From an uncultured Acidobacteriota bacterium (GTDB lineage: Bacteria; Acidobacteriota; Terriglobia; Acidiferrales; UBA7541): a DNA stretch of 64,000 nt. The notes beneath the pieces are model-generated. The model was not told the DNA's origin. It made no database searches and saw only the letters and a program-made list of their open reading frames with translations. The stretch lies in the NCBI GenBank assembly GCA_963735525.1, contig CAVTLQ010000012.1, forward strand, positions 165,005 to 229,004, read 5' to 3'. Below are positions 59,283-64,000 of the stretch, piece after piece. A program made the position numbers and the translations under genes. Each line of letters starts with the position of its first letter. Position 1 is the first letter of the stretch.

Positions 59283-59811
59283 ATGACACGACCCGCAGGA
59301 ACGTATGCCGTTTTTGAAACCTCGCAGGGCAACATTGTCATCCGCTTGCTCGAGAAGGAAGCGCCAAAGACCGTCGCCAACTTCGTTGGCTTGGCCGAGG
59401 GCGCGAAGGAATTCACCGACGAACGCACCGGCCAGAAGCAAAAGAAAAACTATTACGACGGCTTGACCTTTCATCGCGTAATTCCGGATTTCATGATTCA
59501 GGGCGGATGCCCGCGCGGCGATGGCCGCGGCGGACCCGGCTACACCTTCCCCGACGAGTTTCATCCGTCGCTCAAGCACTCCAAAGCCGGCAAGCTCTCC
59601 ATGGCCAACGCCGGACCCGGCACCAACGGCAGCCAGTTTTTCATCACCGTGGCGGCCACCCCCTGGCTCGACAACAAGCACACCATTTTCGGCGAAGTGG
59701 TCGAAGGCCAGGACGTCGCGGACAAAATTTCCAAGCTGCCTCGCGACGCAAGCGATCGGCCCGCGCACTCCGGTGACGCTGCAAAAAGTCCGCATCGAGC
59801 GCATCGCTTAA
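59283..59811 (+). CDS. cyclophilin-type peptidyl-prolyl isomerase; apparent frameshift near 59760
   Basis: [50 protein letters not shown]; C-terminus [15 protein letters not shown] in a shifted frame. Confidence 0.93.
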
Positions 59812-60027
59812 GGCCGCACCACGATGTCGGCCTCGCCGCCGGTCGCGTCACGCAATGTAGGCGCTGGGCTTCAGCCCGGCGTCCGCAGCCAGTCGCTGTA
59901 GCCGCCCTCTTTTACCCTGAGCGGAAACGCGAAGGGTCAGAGGGCGGGGTTTAGAGGAGGCTCCAAGCACCATCAACACGACGTGCAAATGTTCCGAGAG
60001 TCGCCGACACCGGCATGGTGAAAGCCA

Positions 60028-60387
60028 ATGCTGACGCCACAAAACCTGCTTCGCATCGTCATCGAAATGATCTTCGTCTTGCTCGGCGGACTCGTCGTGT
60101 GGCTCGGCTTGACCGGCCAAATCTTCTTCGACCGCCGCAGGCTGCCGTGGCTGATCCTCAGCATGGCCTTGATTCTCTGGGGCCTGCGCGCGCTCTACAA
60201 GCCCGGGCGCTGGTGGTCCCGCTGGGAGGACTGGACGCGCGGTCTCTCCCTCACGCTTTTGGGCGTCGTGATGCTGGCGATTTCGCGCGTGCCCTTTCTC
60301 TGGGTGGGCCGCTTGTTCGCCGTCGCCGGGCTGCTTCTGGTTATGCGCGGATTGATCGGTTCGTTCCTGGTGATGCGACCGCGGTAG
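60028..60387 (+). CDS. small integral membrane protein (four TM helices)
   Basis: 119 aa, four hydrophobic segments. Confidence 0.75.
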   Translation: MLTPQNLLRIVIEMIFVLLGGLVVWLGLTGQIFFDRRRLPWLILSMALILWGLRALYKPGRWWSRWEDWTRGLSLTLLGVVMLAISRVPFLWVGRLFAVAGLLLVMRGLIGSFLVMRPR

Positions 60388-60494
60388 CCTCCGCGTCAAA
60401 GTCGCGTTACGGGGATTCCCCTATGGACTGGCGGCCCGCGTTATATGGCAGATAATCCGCGCCACGAAAGTTGCACATCAAGGAGGAGATGCGC

Positions 60495-60934
60495 ATGCTG
60501 AAGGAATTTAAAGCATTTGTAATGCGCGGCAACGTATTGGACCTGGCGGTTGGCGTGATCATTGGCGCGGCCTTCGGCAGAGATCGTTTCGTCACTGGTT
60601 GCGGATGTGCTCATGCCGCCGATCGGAAAGGTCGTCGGTAACGTTGATTTTTCCGGTCTGTTTATCAACCTGAGCGAAACGCACTATGCCACGATCGCCG
60701 ACGCCAAGGCCGCCGGCGCACCGACGCTGAACTATGGCGTCTTTCTGAACAGCTGTGATCGATTTCCTGATCGTGGCGTTCTGCGTGTTTATCGTGATCC
60801 AGTTGGTGAATCACTGGATCAAGAAGCCTGCCCCGGCGCGGCCGCCCACGACCAAAGATTGCCCGCAGTGCGCGATGACGATTCCGATCCAGGCGAAGCG
60901 TTGCGGCCATTGCACGTCGCAGCTCGCCGCATAG
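60495..60934 (+). CDS. mscL: large-conductance mechanosensitive channel; apparent indels near 60579 and 60752
   Basis: [62 protein letters not shown]-terminal CPQC...CGHC; AGGAGG RBS. Confidence 0.92.
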
Positions 60935-60961
60935 GCAGCACGGACTACGTTTGCGCCGGCG

Positions 60962-63230
60962 CTACGAATTCGGCTTGCGCTTTTTCGAGTTTGTTTCCAG
61001 GTGCGCGCGCAGGCGGCCGACCACTGCGTCTTCCTGCCCTTCGTCGATTTCTTTCTGCACTTCTTCGAGCGCGAAGTGCACCACGTCGTGATGATGCAGC
61101 TCTTCCGGCGCCAGCACTTCGCTGAAGCGCAGCCACAGACGGTGCAGAAGATGAACTTCGTTGGCGGTTAGATTCGGCGCGTGCGGCCCAAGGACTTTGT
61201 AGATCTTGTCCCCGTTGGGCAGGTGAATTTCTAGATTGAACTGCGGCTTCTGGTCGCCGAGCTTTTCCCAGGCCTCGCCGATTAGCCGAGCCTGCTCTTC
61301 GGTCGATTCCCTCGCGGAGTGGCCAAGAATAATCGTGCTCGATTGCAACGACGTTGCGGCTCGCAGAATGCCGTCCCAGATATCGCTGGCGGCGACCACC
61401 GCGAGGCGCACGGACTTGCCGCGCTTTTCCGCCAGGGACAGCGTTTGCGAAAAGAGCTGCTGCTCGATGCTGCCAAAAAGCTGGTCGGCGTCGAGCTCGT
61501 TTTCTCCGGATGCGGAGCGCCGCAACAAGCGCACGTGGAGAACCACGACGTCGCGGCGCCCGGGTTTGACGCGGTCGAGCACGTTGCCGAGATGGTAGAG
61601 CGCGTGAATATTGCTGACCGGCACGATGATATTGCCGGGACGCGCGCCCACGGACTGGGGAGTCAGTTCGCTTTCCGCTTCCAGGTGGAACTGATCCATC
61701 TCGACGTGCTTGGTGTTGCCGCGGCGGTGATGCGTGTACTTTTCGGAGAGCGTAAAAATCACGAAGAGCACGATGGAAAAAGTGACGCCGGCAATGGTGG
61801 CGTCCTTTTTCGTGAACAGGTTTACGACCGCGATTCCAAACAGGACCAGGGTGATCAAACCGAGACCCAGCGGGATTTCCACGCCGAACATCGTGAAGTT
61901 GAGCGGCACGCGATACTCGCGGTCGCCCGGATGCGTGTAACGCAAAACCAGCACCGCCGCGCCCTTCATCGCGAAGCTCCAGATGACGCCGAAAGCGTAG
62001 AGGTTCGCAAGGAAAGTGACGTCGCCGCGGCTGATGATGATCGTGAGGATCTGCAGCGCAGCGATGATATTGATGATGCGGTGAGACGTGCCGAAGCGGC
62101 GATGCGGCTGCCGGAACCAATCCGCGAGCACGCCATCTTCGGAGACCCGGTTCAGGACGCCGTTGGATCCCACGATGGCGGTGTTCACGGCGCCCGCCAG
62201 AATCATGGTGCCAACCACGACCACAAAACCGTGGAAGATAAGCCGCATCAGGAACGGGCCTTCCAGACTCATGGCCAGGCCGCCGATGAGGTTTTCGAGA
62301 TAGTTCTGGCGGACACCGTCGGGAATGATCATCACCGCGAAAAACGACACCAGCGAGGTGAACACCAGGCTGTAGATGAAGATGACCAGCCCGGCCTTTT
62401 TCAGGTTCGGGAGTTTCGGGTGCTCGATTTCGCGGTAGACCTGCGCGAGCGATTCTTCGCCGCTCATGGCCAGAACGGAATGGCCGAGTCCGATGAACAC
62501 AGCGAGCAAACCCGCGAAATGGGCAAAGTGGACGCCGTAGAGCCAGCCCATGGCGTTGGGTCCAAGGGTGAGATTGCGCGGGTGCGGAATGGGAGGAAGG
62601 GCCGGGTGGCGCAGCCATATGGTGTACAGACACCAAACGATCAAAATCCCCACCATTACGGTGGTGACCTGCATGATGCGCATGGCCTTTTGGCTGGATT
62701 CGGGGACGCCCTTGATGTTGTACCACCAGAAATAGAGCGGTTACGACGATGGCGAAGACGGCCGCTCCCGCGCCGGGCGCAATGTGCAGGGGAACATGGA
62801 TGTAGTCGAACGTTTCGTTGAACAGGCCAACCAGATACTGACCGGCGGACACACCGCTGATCGGGCCGGTCAGGATGTAGTCGAACATCAGCGCGGAAAC
62901 GCTAAACTTGGCAAGCGTGCCGCCCATCGCTTCTTTGACCACGCGATAGACGCCGCCGCGGACGAACATGCTGCAGCTCTCGACGTAAATGGCGCGCACG
63001 GCGTAGGAAAACAGCATGATGCCGAGGATGAACCACGGCGCGGCTTTGCCGATGTAGCCTTCGGCCTCACCACCTGCGTAGTACGCGGACGAGGCCAGAT
63101 CGTTCAGCACGATGGCGGCGGCGCGCCAGAAAGAGATGAAGCTGAGGAGCGCCGTGGTGGCTACGATGACGCGGGGGATGCCGTTGCCGCGGCTGCGCGC
63201 GGCAGCAGGGTTGGTGGGAGTGCTGCTCAT
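60962..63230 (-). CDS. APC-family permease with C-terminal cytoplasmic domain; apparent frameshift near 62740
   Basis: N-part ([21 protein letters not shown]) in ORF 60945-63230; C-part ([10 protein letters not shown] helices, soluble domain) in ORF 60962-62683. Confidence 0.88.
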
Positions 63231-63384
63231 CTAGGAGTGATGTTGACCTTGTTGACCTGCGAACTAAAATGCTCGCATTTTTCGGACGCGAAGTCTAGCG
63301 GGCGAGGCCAGCTCGGAGGCGTAGCGGAACGATATTCTTCCGCGGTGTGGGACAACCGCGGGCGCTTGCGGCTAAGCGGCTCGG

Positions 63385-64000
63385 TCAGCTGGGCCAGAGG
63401 AAGGCGTAGCCGTAGTGGGAAGGGACGCTGATGGATTGGGTGGCGCCGTCGGTTGGGATGTTGACGGTTTGAGTGGCGTCGATCAGTTCGTGCCAGGTGC
63501 CGGCTTTGGGGAAGGGGATGGTGATTGTTGCGGAGGTGTCGGCGAAATTCAGCAGAACCATGACGAATTGCTCGGGGGTGGAGGGCGTGGCCGCGGCGTG
63601 GCGGTGGTAGGCGATGATCTGGGTGCCTTGCAGGGATTGCAGGTAATAGAAATACGAATCGCGGCTGCGGAGTGCCGGATAGGTTCGGCGCAGAAAACCA
63701 AGACGGCGATACAGGCGTATTAGGGGCGTGCCGAACTCGTCGTAGAAAAATTCCCAGTGGGTGTCGCGGCGCAGGCCGATGCGGGCGGAACCTCCGCCGG
63801 GGAGATTGTAGTAGTCGGCGAATTCCTGACCCTGCCAGAGCATGGGCACACCTTGCAGTGTGTAGAGCGCGATGGCGAACGGCTGAAGCTTGTAGAAATG
63901 GCTGCGATCGCCGGGCGGAAAAAATCCGTCGCCTTGGGTGCCGGCAAAGACGATGAGCTGGCTGTGATCGTGCGTTTCCAGGTATTGAAACGGGGCGACG
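63385..64000 (-). CDS. alpha-amylase-family (GH13) glycoside hydrolase, C-terminal part, runs off the window
   Basis: YLETHDH, GVPMLWQGQEF, LRRTYPAL, VLLNF, FPKAGTWHELI. Confidence 0.8.
   Translation of the reverse strand, partial: VAPFQYLETHDHSQLIVFAGTQGDGFFPPGDRSHFYKLQPFAIALYTLQGVPMLWQGQEFADYYNLPGGGSARIGLRRDTHWEFFYDEFGTPLIRLYRRLGFLRRTYPALRSRDSYFYYLQSLQGTQIIAYHRHAAATPSTPEQFVMVLLNFADTSATITIPFPKAGTWHELIDATQTVNIPTDGATQSISVPSHYGYAFLWPS

Noticed and set aside
50176-63230. Programmed frameshifting or mass pseudogenisation (MBL hydrolase, YfiT, cyclophilin, mscL, APC permease; also cupin at about 8692)
   Set aside because: Small indels are scattered through otherwise intact conserved genes with no slippery-site pattern; long-read consensus error is the simplest explanation, but raw reads are needed to confirm

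Overview
GC-rich bacterial chromosome segment, very probably from an Acidobacteriota genome. This is inferred from the Oar-like TonB-dependent receptors with a carboxypeptidase-regulatory N-domain, an ADOP-type duplicated ABC permease, and the intergenic palindromes. There are about 50 genes, mostly housekeeping or metabolic: mqnD, ggt, asnS, arginase, ddl, heptose-7-P kinase, Trm112, an OvoA/EgtB-like sulfoxide synthase with egtD and a divergent betaine-family ABC importer, GH57, ferredoxin, TlpA, P450, proline dehydrogenase, trxB, cyclophilin, mscL and an APC permease. It also carries a TM0106-type nuclease-helicase and a DUF3368/UPF0175 toxin-antitoxin-like pair. I saw no rRNA, tRNA, cas gene, integrase or transposase. 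Several conserved genes, mostly beyond 50 kb, have small indels that look like long-read errors. The most unusual feature is a ~450-bp non-coding module present in two diverged copies (31801-32248 minus; 58198-58670 plus). Each copy runs: sigma70-like promoter, octamer microsatellite, five 22-bp AA(C/G)TCCTTTAGAATC...CTT boxes with unique spacers, then AAAAAAGGTGG. The second copy lies directly upstream of an uncharacterised C-x9-C-x11-C-x2-H protein. Other notable items are a near-consensus sigma28 promoter in front of an orphan low-complexity protein, a 49-bp duplication of the asnS 3' region, nested REP-like palindromes, and intergenic-type repeats recruited into protein N-termini. All calls come from reading the sequence; no database search was run.
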